From Guillardia theta CCMP2712 (lineage: Eukaryota; Protista; Cryptophyta): DNA of 64,000 nt. A model generated the notes under the pieces. It did not search any database and was not told where the DNA came from. It saw only the letters and a program-made list of their open reading frames with translations. Location: assembly GCF_000315625.1 (NCBI RefSeq), contig NW_005434648.1, forward strand, positions 248,001 to 312,000, read 5' to 3'. A program made the translations under genes and the position numbers. This document shows, piece after piece, positions 12,156 through 25,700 of this stretch (positions are counted from its first letter, which is position 1; every line of letters starts with the position of its first letter).

Positions 12156-15100
12156 ATGGCGATGCTGAGGCTGCTTGTCGGAGTAGCCATGCTGGCGTCC
12201 TGTAGCGGCTTCTCCTTCACGTCCACTCCTCTCCGCCTCAGACATGCTGGCAGCAAGAGATCCTACGTGCTCCCCACTCCTTCGAGCAGCCGGAGAGTGC
12301 TCAGGACGGCGGCCAGAAGGGACGTGATCGGGCTGAAAGCGACAGGCATTGCAGACCCAGCAAAGATGAAGCCGGGAGCGCCAGCGATTGAAACCCTCGA
12401 ACTTGAATACTCTGAAGACAATCTGTTCCATGACGGAGAGACCGTCATCGTGAAGAGGTCAGACGGTAAGAACTACTTCGCTCGTGTGGACGTGTCAGCA
12501 GAGGATGGCCGGTATTTAGTCTGTGTGGATGAGGAGAAGGGCAAGTACAGGAAGGAGCTGCCGAAGGACATCGGGAAACTTGTTGGTGATGATCATATGA
12601 GTGATGAGAAGGCCATTCCTCCTCCAGCCAAGATGGCAGGAGCGTACGTGTCCAACATGGCGCAGTACAACAAGATGTACAGGCAGTCCCTTGACGAGCC
12701 GGAGAAGTTCTGGGGGATGATGAGCAAGGACTTCTACTGGAAGGAGATGTGGCACACGCTGAACGAAGTGAACTTTGACTACACCAAAGGCCCTGTGTCG
12801 ATCAAGTGGTTCTTGGGATCCAAAACGAACCTGGCCTACAACGCGCTCGACCGCCACATCGAGGCTGGCAAGGGCGACAACATCGCCTTTTACTGGGAGG
12901 GCAACGACGATGAGAGCAGGGCTTACACTTACAATGAGGTCTACGAGATGGTCTGCAAGTTTGCCAACGTGCTGAAGAGCAAGGGCATCAAGAAGGGAGA
13001 TACGGTTGCCATCTACCTCCCCATGGTTGTCGAGCTCCCTGTTGCTATGCTTGCCTGCGCCAGGATCGGGGCAGTGCACAGCGTTGTCTTCGGCGGCTTC
13101 AGTGCCGATGCCCTTGCTAGTCGCGTCGCTGACTGCAAGGCAAGAGTGCTGGTGACGGCCGATGGTGTGATGCGAGCCAAGAAGTTGGTGAACCTGTTGG
13201 ACATCGTCGACAACGCGGACAAGATCCTCAAGGCAGACAAGGAGGCCAATCACAAGTTGGATAGCATCATTGTCGTCGAAAGAAACTCAAAAGCAGGTGT
13301 GCTTTGCACGTGCGACACACTCGTCTCTCACTCGTTGTCCAGGGCCCTTGAAAGAGCAGCATGAACCCTGGAACAAGCTGATGGCGGGCGCAAGTGCCGA
13401 TTGCCCAGTCGAGTGGATGGATGCCGAAGATCCCTTGTTCCTCTTGTACACGTCGGGGTCAACAGGAAAGCCCAAGGTATCCGTGTGAAGTCTTTGATCG
13501 CCTAAGATCGTTTTGACTTCGCTACAGGGAGTTCTGCACACAACCGCCGGCTATATGGTTTGGTCCGCCACCACCTTCAAGTACGTCTTCGATTACCGTC
13601 CTGGAGATGTGTACTGGTGCACAGCAGACTGCGGATGGATCACTGGTGAGCTATAGATGATGGATGATCGAGGCTGGGTAGCTGACTTCCGTTGGGATCA
13701 GGTCATTCATACATCACCTATGGCCCGATGATCAACGGGGCCACCCAAGTGCTGTTTGAAGGAGTTCCAACGCATCCGACACCTGCTCGATGCTGGGAGA
13801 TCATCGACAAGTACAAGGTGAACTTGGTGCGAGGTTCCTCCTTGAGGTCACTCGGTGGCAGGTCAACCAGTTCTACACCGCTCCCACGGCTGTGCGATCC
13901 CTTATGAGCTTCGGGGAGCAGTACCCCGAAGGGCACTCTCTAAAGTCTCTCAGAGTCTTGGGGAGTGTCGGCGAGCCCATCAACCCTGAGGTGACTTGGG
14001 ACAGAGCTGCTGCCTCCCACCTCTTGCCCTCGATCGCGCGTTGACTTGGAGCAGGCATGGAGATGGTACAGCAAGCATGTCGGACGAGGCCAGTGCTCGA
14101 TCTCCGACACCTGGTGGCAGACGGAGACTGGCGGTCACATGATCACACCGCTGCCTGGAGCAACTCCCCAGAAGCCTGGCTTCGCTACCAAGCCCTTCTT
14201 CGGTGTCGAACCTGCCATTTTGGACCCGGACGGCAAGGAACAAGATGGCGCTTGCGCTGGGTATCTTACGATCAAGAGATCCTGGCCGGGCCAGGTGAAC
14301 GCTCCCTGACGCTCTGAGTCAGCCTCTCACTCGTTGCTATCAGCTGCGCGGCATCTACGGAGACCAGGAAAGGTTCGAGAAGACTTACTTCCAGCTCTTC
14401 AACGGGGCCAACGAGATGATCTCCAAGGACAAGTACATCACGGGCGATGCGTGCCGGCGCGACAAGGTCAGCATCGCAGACAGCCCCTGAAGCTGATGGT
14501 GACCCACAGGACGGTTACTACTGCATCACCGGCCGCATCGATGACGTCATCAACGTGTCCGGGCATCGTATTGGAACGGCGGAGCTGGAAAGCGCTCTCT
14601 CGCAGTTCGAGCATTGTGTGGAAGCGGCGGTCGTCGGGTTTCCCCACCCGATCAAAGGAGAGGCGATCTACGCGTTCGTTACCCTCGAGCAGGGATATGA
14701 GATGACGCCGGAGGTCCAGAAGGCGCTGAAGCAGGTGATGCACGCGAGGAGGGAGGAGGGAGGGAGGGAGGGAACAAGCACTCTTGTGTGTAGAACGGGT
14801 GACTGTTTATGTCACATCGTTCAAGAGATGAGTGCGACAACATGACAACCGAGCTTACTCCTCGTTGCGATCCCACAAGTGACGCCATGAGAAGCCTCAA
14901 GTGTCAAAATATTCTTCCTGCCGCAATCAGCTCCTGTCTCTTTGTGACTTTCTGACATGCCGGACAGGTTGTGAGGTCTGAGATTGGAGCCTTTGCTGCC
15001 CCCGACAAGATTCAGTTCGCCCCTGCCTTGCCAAAGGTACAACTCGATCCCATTCAACAGGGTTACCCTTGTGACCTGCTGCCAGACGAGAAGCGGCAAA

Positions 15101-15277
15101 ATCATGCGCAGGATCTTGAGGAGGATCGCCGCCGGTAAAGCAGCAGAGCATGCTCTCCGTTTGTTGCTGATTTGTGCGGCAGGGGTGACGGACGTGTCTG
15201 AGTTCGGAGACATCAGCACCATCACCGACCCGAGCATCATCGACGAGCTGCTGGAGAACGCGAAGCATGCTTCATGA
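12156..15277 (+). CDS. acsA: Acetyl-CoA synthetase (AMP-forming), predicted plastid-targeted; multi-exon
   Basis: Motifs [53 protein letters not shown] and [12 protein letters not shown]. The N-terminus [21 protein letters not shown] followed by an Arg/Ser-rich stretch is a bipartite presequence. Confidence 0.95.
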
Positions 15278-15344
15278 ACGGACTCAATCATGGACTCGTA
15301 GACTCGAAGGTTTTGAAACATTAAGAATGTAAATTAGATTGAGT

Positions 15345-15660
15345 TGCCGCTTGGTGACTGTCTCAGTGTCACGCGCCGGGCCAACCGGACGAACTTGACA
15401 CTGAGCACTACAGTGTCGGATCATCATTGGCCACCCGGGCCGGGCGGCGTGACGGAGTGTGCCAGTTGGCCAGTACCGAGCCCGGTCGCGGTCCGACGTC
15501 AGTGTACCGCCGTACGGTACCGTACGGTACTTTACTCAAAGTTAAGTACGGTACGGTACGGCACCGTGTCACAGTTTTCAGTCACAGTTTCGGGCTCTTG
15601 AAGTTCGCCACCAAAGTTGCTTTTATCTTCAAAGTTTCAAAGTTCAGTGACGGGGCCCGA
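15345..15660. promoter_or_regulatory. CCGG/GTAC-rich island upstream of Mis18, including an 18-bp perfect palindrome
   Basis: ccgtacggtaccgtacgg at 15510-15527; nine GTAC words in 15473-15559. Confidence 0.4.
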
Positions 15661-15677
15661 CCATGCGAGGTAGCGGC

Positions 15678-16638
15678 ATGGCGGTGCAGGAGGACGTGCG
15701 CGGGCCTCTGGTGTTTCAATGCCGCGAGTGTCTGACCATCATCGGAGACTCCTTCTCCATGGTGTCTGCGGTCGAGAGCCTCGATGCCATCATCCTCTCT
15801 GGTACCAGCAAGCAGCTCCCGTGTCCACTGTGTTGACATTTCCATCAGTCGCTGTGCAATGCACAACGGGACGAAGAACGTCGGATGGGCATGGCAGGTC
15901 AGCCTCCGCTGTGAGGACGTCAATGTATCTGTGAGCATGCCATGGCAGTATCTACCAAGAGGTCAGGTGCACGTGTGGCAACTTGATAGGACGATGTTTC
16001 TTCAAACATCCTCACTCAGAGCAGTATGACATCTTGTAAGTGAGAATCTAGCCATGACCACATGCTCCTCGCTTTCATCGCCCTCTTGTCGTCCTGTGCA
16101 TCGCTGATCCTGCGTTCAAGGGGCCACTACACCTTGGACAGAACGTCCATCACCAGGCAGAGTCACGAGTGCGAGAGGACGTGGGTAACTTTGACATGAT
16201 AGTTATGAGCTGGGAAGTGGCAACGACAATCCTCTGGTCCCGCCACTTGGCGATGTCACGACATCGAACAACTCCAATCAAGCCATCGAGAGGTGAGAGA
16301 GCGCCCAGATCCTTTCTCTCACTTGACTGTTACGCCCTTCCCTCGCCCTTATCCTCCCTTCAGGATTTTGGAAACAATCCAGGCAGACATCGCAAAGGTA
16401 CTCGAATGCCATCTTGACTTGTGTGCCGGTATTGTCCGACCATACAATCAGATGAAGGCGATGACTCTCTTGTTCGACGAGCGCTTGTCTAGTGTCGAGG
16501 CCGTGTGCAAAGTAGGAGTTGCTCTCCCTCCTTGGCTTCATGTGACTCTGTTGTGGACAGCCTGTAGGCTCGAAAGGAAGTTCAAAACAAGGGGAAGACA
16601 CGGAGGTGCAGGAAAATCCAAAGAAGAGGCGGAGATAG
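15678..16638 (+). CDS. MIS18: Mis18/Yippee-family zinc-binding centromere licensing protein
   Basis: MAVQEDVRGPLVFQCRECLTIIGDS (Mis18 'VFQC..C..IVGDS'), YTLDRTSITSYELGS, a C-terminal coiled coil ILETIQADIAKMKAMTLLFDERLSSVE and a terminal NLS PKKRRR*. Confidence 0.75.
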
Positions 16639-16784
16639 AACTTTCACGATCGAAGGGGCAACAACAACATGTGATCTTTATTTACAGAGTTTCGAAACAT
16701 TGTTTCCTAAATTCCATCACAACCTCCACCATATACATGCTACCTCTACATGGCACTTTGATTGCACCTATTCCAAACTGCCAC

Positions 16785-19700
16785 CTATTTCCGGAGCGTC
16801 TGAACAGCAGGAACTATTCCTTCTTCAGTATCGGAGTCCATCGCTTTCTTCATCTTGGAATAAATCCTTGCACCTAGATCAACCTGATCGGAGAAAATCT
16901 TGACAACCCTTTTTAGATAGTTCACGATCTGATCCTTGGTCACCTCCACCTGCCTGCTCAGCTCTACGCTGTCGCTCTCAGTGACAAATGTCAGGTAGGA
17001 AGCAAACACAACGACGACAAGAATGAGGTCGTTGATCAGACTTGCTTGGAAGTCCGTTGTGCTGGTGAATGCGTTGAAACCAATAAAGAGACAAGCGAAG
17101 ATCAGTGCCATTGTGACCATGTACTTGAGCACTAGGATGCAAATGTGAAAGTATGAGAGGCCATGGGAAGCAAGACACTGCTCAACGTTCTTGGCAATCA
17201 CTGCCTCAACAATTGGCTTCGGCAGCTTCTTGGCGATGTGTGTAGACTCCGAGGTCATCTGCTTCCAGACCAGTCGCCTCACCCTGTACATCATGATGTA
17301 CTTCCTTGCTACCATACTGTATGCGACCGTGCAAGATCCGATGACTGCGATTGCGTAGGGCAGCATCAATGAGACGTTGAACAAGATCCCAAGCAGCACG
17401 AACACCGTCAACGTCGAGATGCAAGAAAGAGACATAAACCAGATGACGACAAAGACAACTACGAAGAGTTTTTGAATGAGCCTCCTAAAAACATTGAACG
17501 AAGTTCGAAGGTAGAACATGCTCAGCTCAAGGCATGCAATCACGAAATATGTGTACGTGAAGATTTCAACAGCAAGGGATGCCTTAACAACTTGGAACTG
17601 TTCCTGCATGCAATTACACCAGTCTGCTCTGAATTGACACTCGTACTTGCGATATGAATCTTTCAGTGCGGACGAGATCATCAACACAAAAATGGTTGGC
17701 AATGCTGAGAAGATCACCTCTGTTGCAGCCCAGAACCATTGTGAGATGATGCTCTTCTGAATCTCGGCGACTCCCGCGAAATCTTCAAACATGAACCAGA
17801 ATGTGGTTCTTTGTTTCATCTCCTCCACGATATCTTCTGGCAGATCGTCGATCTCAATCGCGCTCGGGTGTGAGCCGTTGATAATCTGACTTAAATTTCT
17901 GTTCATCTGCTCCTGCACCAGCTTTCTCCGTCTGTAACGCATCAGATACCTCCTTGAAAACGTTAAGACGAGGCAGGTGAAAACCAGCGACAAGAAGACA
18001 GGCAGCCCGATCCCGAATCCAAACATACTCAGCACGTAGGGGTAATCTTCCATGTTGAAGCTCTTCACGTGAATCATCCCAGAGAACTGATCAATGCTGA
18101 AGATCAAGGATTTCCCGTCAGTCTGATCGAAGACGATCATGCTCCCTTCTGGGATCAACCGCTGCGCCTGGCTGGGAGGATAATTCTCTATCACGTTCAG
18201 CAGGGCCTTGTACATGGACTCCAGACGAGTGGCATAGACGAGCGAGGTGTTGGGAACGAATGCTGGGCAGAAGGAGGGCAGAAGTTTCGATTGAGACTGG
18301 GAAGTGGAAGGAGTGAGAAGTCCGTAAGAGATCACGTTCATGATCCAGGGTCTGAAGATCAAGTAACGGATCGATGAGATCCATACGAATTGCCCAACTT
18401 CAGAGCTCACCGTCCCTGGGCCAAGAAGGTTCAGAACAAACCAGTCTTCCAAGGGCTGACTCGCCCCCCTGGGTGGAACAACAGATCTAAAATGTTCTTA
18501 TCAGTCTGCCTGATATCCACACTCGTGTTGATCATCGAGCTTGGGTTGCCACCAGCGTAGGAGCTTTCGCTCCACGTGGAGGACAAGTTTCCTTGAGCAT
18601 CTTCGCACAGTCCAGGGGAGAAGGCATCACAATTCTTGCCAACCTGGAATGAGATTGAGCCCGTGCTCGACATGAAGGTGAAGGATTGCCCCAGGTTCCC
18701 CGTGCACCAGGGCATCTTGACTGGATCGATGGCCGACCCGCACCGAGGCTGAAACGGCTCTGGGAACATGTCAGCCCGGGAATACCCCGAGCAGATGAGC
18801 TGGCAGCACTGCCCCAGAGCGTTGCACGTGCCTGCGGGTCTGAGGCCCGCCATGTCACAATGAGGTTTACAGACGCACTGAGGGCTCTGCGAAACAGTGC
18901 AAGCCTCAAGGTTAGTACACCCTGGTATCCTCGGCACATCACTCCGTTTTGCGTACGCTGATTCGGGAGGGCACGGCTGATCCAACGCTATGGCAGTAGC
19001 ATCGTAGGGAGCGCACAGCCATTCTTTGTCAACGTCAGGGTTTCCGGTGCACATGTACTTGGTCCCATTCAATCCTGGGCAAGGAAGTCAAGAATAGCGT
19101 ATGAGAGCATCAATTCAACTCACCAGCAACAGGATTGACTACCGGAAGTCCGAAGAAGTCTGTGACATTCAGTCCATTTGCTCTCAGTTGTGAGCTCGAG
19201 TGATTGTTGATTCCTCTCTTGCTGAAGGAAGAGATCCTGCTTCTGATGCTGGCAGATTGGGAAGGCTCCCAACGATCGTCTCTCAACAATCGTCTCCGTG
19301 CTCCTGTCGTGCTGTTTGTCGTGTTTTGGAGGTCTATATCCTTACAAATCTCTTCGCAAGAGTTGTTGACATATAGTGACCCCTTCGCTGCGGTCAAACA
19401 GACTAAATTTGAACTTATCTGCCAGAATCGGACGGAAGTTCGGAAAGGAGTTGTCACGATGAGATCGGCTTCCACGCTCTTAAAAGTGCCAGCTCCTCTT
19501 GCAGACACGTCCATGGCTATCAACTCTCCCTTGTTCGCATTGTACTCAAAGTTTGTCGCACTCACGTTGCTCAGTCTAGCCTGAAGGACAGTTCCCTTCA
19601 ATATGAAGTTGTTCGGTCCAAACTCGAGGCCAAAGTTCATGCTGTCAGCATCCGTCGAAGAGGATCGAACCGTCGTCGTTCGCTCTCCTACTGCGTTGAC

Positions 19701-22700
19701 TGTGATGCTCGGAAGGACAACGAGGTCTGGCACAATAATCTGTATGTTGCAATAGAAGCTGTCATATTTCACGGTTGTAGGCCTCTTGTTTGATAGCGTA
19801 ATTTGTGCACTTGCACCACAAGTCTCTGCAGTCAACACAATCTGTGGGCTTGTACTGTAAGCAATTTGCAGCTGGGGACTTGAAATGTTCCTTATGAGAC
19901 CAGATTGCGTTCGGCTGGGCAAGAATCTTATGTAGCAGTTGTCCACTGTGATCTGGACTTCCTGCGCTTGATCCAGCAGGAAATATCTATCAAATTGGCA
20001 TTGTGAATGACTGGTTCCAGTAAGCAGGATGATGACAAGAGCGATAGCAAAGAACAGCAGGAGCACCACGAATTGAGAGTAGTTCGCTTCGTCCGATGGG
20101 AGAAAATTCAGACGTTTGAGGTACAGCGTGAGTTCAGATTGCTTTCGCACAAAGAATGTCAAAACGTTGCCATGTCGCTTTGCAGCCCATCTGGAGAAAT
20201 AGAAGAAAGCAATTACGATGAGGAAGATGATAGCGGCCAAAGCACTCAAGATGATCAGCTGCTGATTCGAGCTCTTGGAGCATTGTCTCCATCCAAGGCC
20301 AGTAGGAGATTGCGGGCAGATCTCATAGGTTGGCCCCGAACTGGTTCCTATCATGCACTTGCCTCCTTGCTTTGAGCAAGAACCCGGACACCATCCACAT
20401 CCGCTCTCAGCGTTACACTTGGAGCAAGGGTTCGCGTCTGTCTGAGGGGTATGGTAACATCTTATCGCGGGCCCGACGACTGTGTTGATGGTGGCAGTCG
20501 ATGTCCCCATCAGAGGAGGTTTGTGAGCAGTCGCTTTCAAAGGATCGAGACATGCAGGATATGCAGCTCCACAGACGTGCTCACCACTGCAAGAACCATA
20601 GTTGTAGTTGTCAAAGATCTTGACAATGAACGGAACATAGCCTTGATACCTCGGATCTGCATCATAGAACAGTCCTTGCATAAGGAAATTGAGTTCACTC
20701 AAAGTTCCGTCGACTTGTAGCTGAAGCAACTGATCGGAACCTCTGAATTCTGTATACCATATGGTGGTGAAGATTTGAGTCTGCCTTAAAAGGAAGGATC
20801 CAGCAGATGCATGTTTCTTCGGATCATTGCCGACTTGCAGTATCAGAGTCATATTTCCATACGGAACATCATTCACATCCACGTCACTGAACTGTATTGG
20901 GTTCACATGATTGATGGGCACAGCTGACCCGTTTGGATTTGCAACACACTGCGGACTCAAACCTTGCACGGCGCTGACATCATAACGCTGAAAATCGAAA
21001 AAGCATCTTGAGCCTTTCTGATATGCCTGCACTGAGGTGGGCGATTGAATGACAGGATTATCGTTCACTCCAACCACCCTGATTCCCATCGTTGCCTTCG
21101 CAACCAGACTTGAGTTGTAACATCCATCTGTGTATCCTTGGTCATTCACGATGATATCGAGATTGTCATAGCCGTAGAAATTTGGTTTCCCTTGATATGA
21201 GAAGTATAGCTGTTCAAGAGCTGTTTGAAGCGTTGCGCGAGTTGCCAATATATGCATTTCCGAGACATTCCTCATACAACTTAATTGATTGTCACATGGC
21301 TTGACAAACCCACCTGCTGTTATTGGGATGTAGGACGCGTTGGTCACAAACGTTAGTTGGGATGTAGGAAAAAGCGATCTTCCAGGGGGGGGATAAAAAG
21401 AGAGCATGCCATTCACAACAAAGAAGGAGACCAGCAGCTGGCCTGCGCCTCCTGAACAAACTTCCGGGACTCGACAAGCACATGTTCCAGTACTACAAAG
21501 GCAAGGACGACCACAATAACATACTGAAGAACTCGATTGTGGACAGCAGAAACTTCGAGATCCTTGAACTTCCAGCGCTTCTTGAGAGTCTACATCATAG
21601 ATCCATAAGAAGTCTGGAGTGATGTAAAACCTGGTGTCCTCGTCGATATCTATGTACTCCCGCAAGCCAGGTCGGCAATGAGTCCAATACTCAGTTGATG
21701 TTGGACTTAATGAAAAGCAGAGAGCATTGATGCTGTTGTTAATCGGCAAGATTGCATAGTCTTGCACGATCGTATCTGGACTTTTACCTCCGTCAAAGTG
21801 CTTGACAGTCAAGTTTGACATGACTCTCCGCCCAATCAAGGGTCGATCATCAACAGCTTTGACGACAACATCAACTTGGTGAGCGTCTTCCAGTGGGTTG
21901 ATATTCGCAAACTTTGAGCCAGGTGGGTAGTCACCTCTCGCACCATTATCGTTGACCGAGAATTTGATTGTCTCGCTTGAACCAAATTCTGTGTTGAAAT
22001 TGGGATCAGGCAGGTATGTCACCAACGAAAGAGCTTTGTTCAGAGCCACCAATGTTCCTTTGATGGAAATGAATTTGTTTCCGGTGATATCCAAGCACAA
22101 CCCGCAAGACATGGGCATGGTTGCTCTTTGAGGATATATGGGACCATATGCTTGATTAGGAATGAAGCCGTATTTAGTGTCTTGCGAGACAAGTTTCGTG
22201 CCATCAGAACATTGAGGCTGGAACTGACATCCATTTCCAAACACTGGACCAGAACTGACAACGTTGCCTTGAGAATCGTAGAAGATGTTGTACAAACCTC
22301 TTCGTTCCTGATTCCAGACCAAATACTCAATCTCATTCTTCCCTTCACCCTGCAGGTATGTCTCGTTGAGGTACAATCTACCATGAGTGCATGATAAATT
22401 GACGGTCAATCTGGGAAGGAAAACAGACTTGTCAGTATTCCCCAAGGAAGTGCAAGTCTTCCTCACTTCATTTGATCGTACAAGTAGTCTTGAGAATCAG
22501 GATCTGTGATATAAAAACCTGGAGATACAAATTGACTGCCAGACTGCGACCCGGTGACACTGGCAACGAAGTTCTGAGGGATGTCCTCCATGGCTTCAAC
22601 GACTGCAACGATGTCAGCTTCAGTACACAGCCAAGTCAACCCCTACCAGTCGGCCCGTTGGCCTTTGGCGGATGATTGACGGCATGGACTCTGATCGGCA

Positions 22701-25700
22701 CGCTGATACTCGCTGTCCTCGGGTCATACACTCCGCCTCCTGGTTGAAAGTCAGTTTTGCTATGCACAATGGAACAGAGTTGAACCTGAATTTCCTAGAT
22801 CGTTTGCTGTGATGCTGAGCACGTCCAACGTATCAGCTCCAAGTACGAAAGTGGCTGGATCCCTTTGCGATACTGCAAGCAACCTCAGCAAGGACTATGA
22901 AATCTAGTCATCAAGTGACAACCTGGTGGGCGATAAAGCCTGCTGAAATAAGGGTTGGCAATGTATTCTATGGAGTTTAATGCCAGGTTCACATCGGACA
23001 ATGGGCCAAACAATGAAATCTCGGAGCTGCCATATGAAGAAAGCGAGATTCGATCAAATTCAGTTTTGAGAGTAGTCCCAGTGACAGCATATGCGGCTGA
23101 TCTACAGTAACTTGAACCAGGACCAGCATAATGACATGCATGTCCATCAAGTTTTGGAATAGGATTTGGTGATATGATGATGGTGGTATTTTGCTGTGAA
23201 GGATCTGTGCTGGAAAAAAATGGCCCACACTTTCCACTTCCTCCTTGTAAGCAACCACACGGGGAGCCAAGGTTATATCTATCACAATCAGTGTCCACCG
23301 AGCAGACTTGCGATAGATCCACGCAACATCTGCACGTCACTCCGGGTATACATTGCTCAGGGATACTGTTTGAGCAGTCCTAGAGACAATGTAAGTCGTC
23401 TTTCTCAAAACAAAGTAAGTTTTTTCAACCGTGTTTGTTTGACATGCAACACCAAATGTGAAGCTGTTTGGAGATGGAAAGTATGCCATGCCTCCACATG
23501 TCCTTGAGAACAAGCATCATTTCATGTTTTTTTCACGGATGTCATGTTGTTTACCTATCGAGGGAGTTGATGGCCTTGGGAAGAGCATCTACAAACCCCT
23601 GACTTTGAAGACTTCTATTCACATACAGGACAACACTCGATTCCACAGTTTCTTGGCAAACGCAACCTTGTTCTTTTCCTGTGGGGCAGGCTGCTTCTCC
23701 TAAATTTGAATATTCGCAGACCTGAGAATATGGCAAAACTATATCTGATACATGTGTTTGAAAACCATTGAGATATCCTGTGTTATCAAAATATGGAAAC
23801 ACTCTGCTCAAATCATGACCATAGCGAAAAGAAGATACTGTGAGATAACTGTTCAAGCAAAGAAATCAGCAATCACAGCATGTCTGGAGATCAAGGGTTC
23901 AGCACCTTGTAGTATTTGTGCTTTCCAGCCACAAATTTCGAGTGTAATCCAATTTGAGACTACCATGCTTCACTGAAAGTGAAACTTGTATCTAAGGACA
24001 AGTCACTTGGAGGTAAAGTCCAGTGATTCGTTACTTGGTTGATGTATACAGAACTAGAAGAGTTGCTCATCCAATTCCTGCATCATGTTGTTAAGTGAAT
24101 AATTCGAATTTCTTTCGTGAGTTACCTCAAAGCAAGATTTGAGGTTATTTTTTCATTAACGTCCACATCATGCACTGATACTGCTGACGCATTTCCCTGA
24201 GTATGAAACATTAATGGTGTTTTAAACAAACATTTATGGTGTTTTAAACAAACATTGATCAAACTCGAATGACACTCACCTGCTGGCCTTCTTGCATAGA
24301 CAACTCAGGTTGCAATAGCAAAAAATACGGAGCGTTGTTCACGGCAACAATCGTGATGCTGACATTGGAGGTGGACACTTTGGCAAAGCCATCATATGAC
24401 GTGTACCCCTTTGAATAAGACCATGTCAGAAGGCTTTCACGAGATTGAGTGACTTGCAACCTGATCAGATGCAAAAATTTCAATCAATTCCAACTGTCCA
24501 TTCGTTTGCGTGTTAAAGTATTTGACGGAGCTCGAGGACATCAAAGAGTTCACCCCCAAAGTGTACTTCAGAGACTGCACAATCAAATCACATCAAGAGA
24601 TGAACATACATGCGAGAAAACCTTGAGGGCATTATTTAGATCATTCAAGTTGGCCATCAGTCGCAAAGAGGACGAACTTTGGGAAATAATTTCGAGATTG
24701 GTTCTTGATGACAAGCTGATTGTTCCTTTGTATGTCGACAATATTACGTCAAGTTGATGGCATTCGAAGTTTGATGAAGTACAAGTCTCATAGAGATCTG
24801 GGTCTGTCACTGACAAGCCCGTTATCATAAGTGAATTATCTGAACCTTCATAAACAAAAAATTGTCCGAAATTGCATTCGGGGAGCTGTGTAAATAGGTC
24901 AATACCGGGTCAACGCAGAAAATGACAAGTCTACACCTCACTTCCACCATTGCAAGCAGATGGTTGGCTGTACAACGACGACTTCATCTCTGGCGGATTG
25001 TCGATTGCCAAAATATTCAAAAACACTGGAAATGTCGAATTATCTGGAAGACTGATGTTCAAAACTTCATAAGGACGGATTTTTGAAGATGCGCTATTGT
25101 AATATTCAGACTTCAACCGAAGAGAATTTTGATATTGATTCGGCTTATATTTTACATTCAGGATTGTCGAAGAGATTTCAGATAGCTTCCCACTGATTTC
25201 AAGTTTAAAAGGAGAAATATCATTCACTACGACAAACTGGGTGAGAACAATCATTGTCGGACAGCTTGTCGATGATGACAAGTAAGGTGCAATGTAGCTG
25301 CACAACGTATCTGACGAGAAACTGCAACTTTTTTGTACTTGAAATCCATCTACTGTCACGTTGCCCGATTCCTCGACCCATCCACACTTACTTGAAATGT
25401 TGTATACATCCAACACCCCGTAGTAGACGAGCAAGCTCAACGCATAAGAGCTAGAATCTGAACTTGCCTTCAAACCAATGCCAATCCCAGTCCAGGTATC
25501 CTCTAGAGCATATATCATGGGCAATTGAGCATTTGAATTGCAGGAAAGCGTATTTGGGTCTGTTGGACATCCTAATCTCTCTCCTGCAGGGACAACTATG
25601 ACGGGATTCGGTGACTGATGCTTACAACCAACCGATTCTTGGGGTGAATCATAGCATTGATACAGAGTCTGTCCATTCCAAATAAGATCAGACGAGTACG

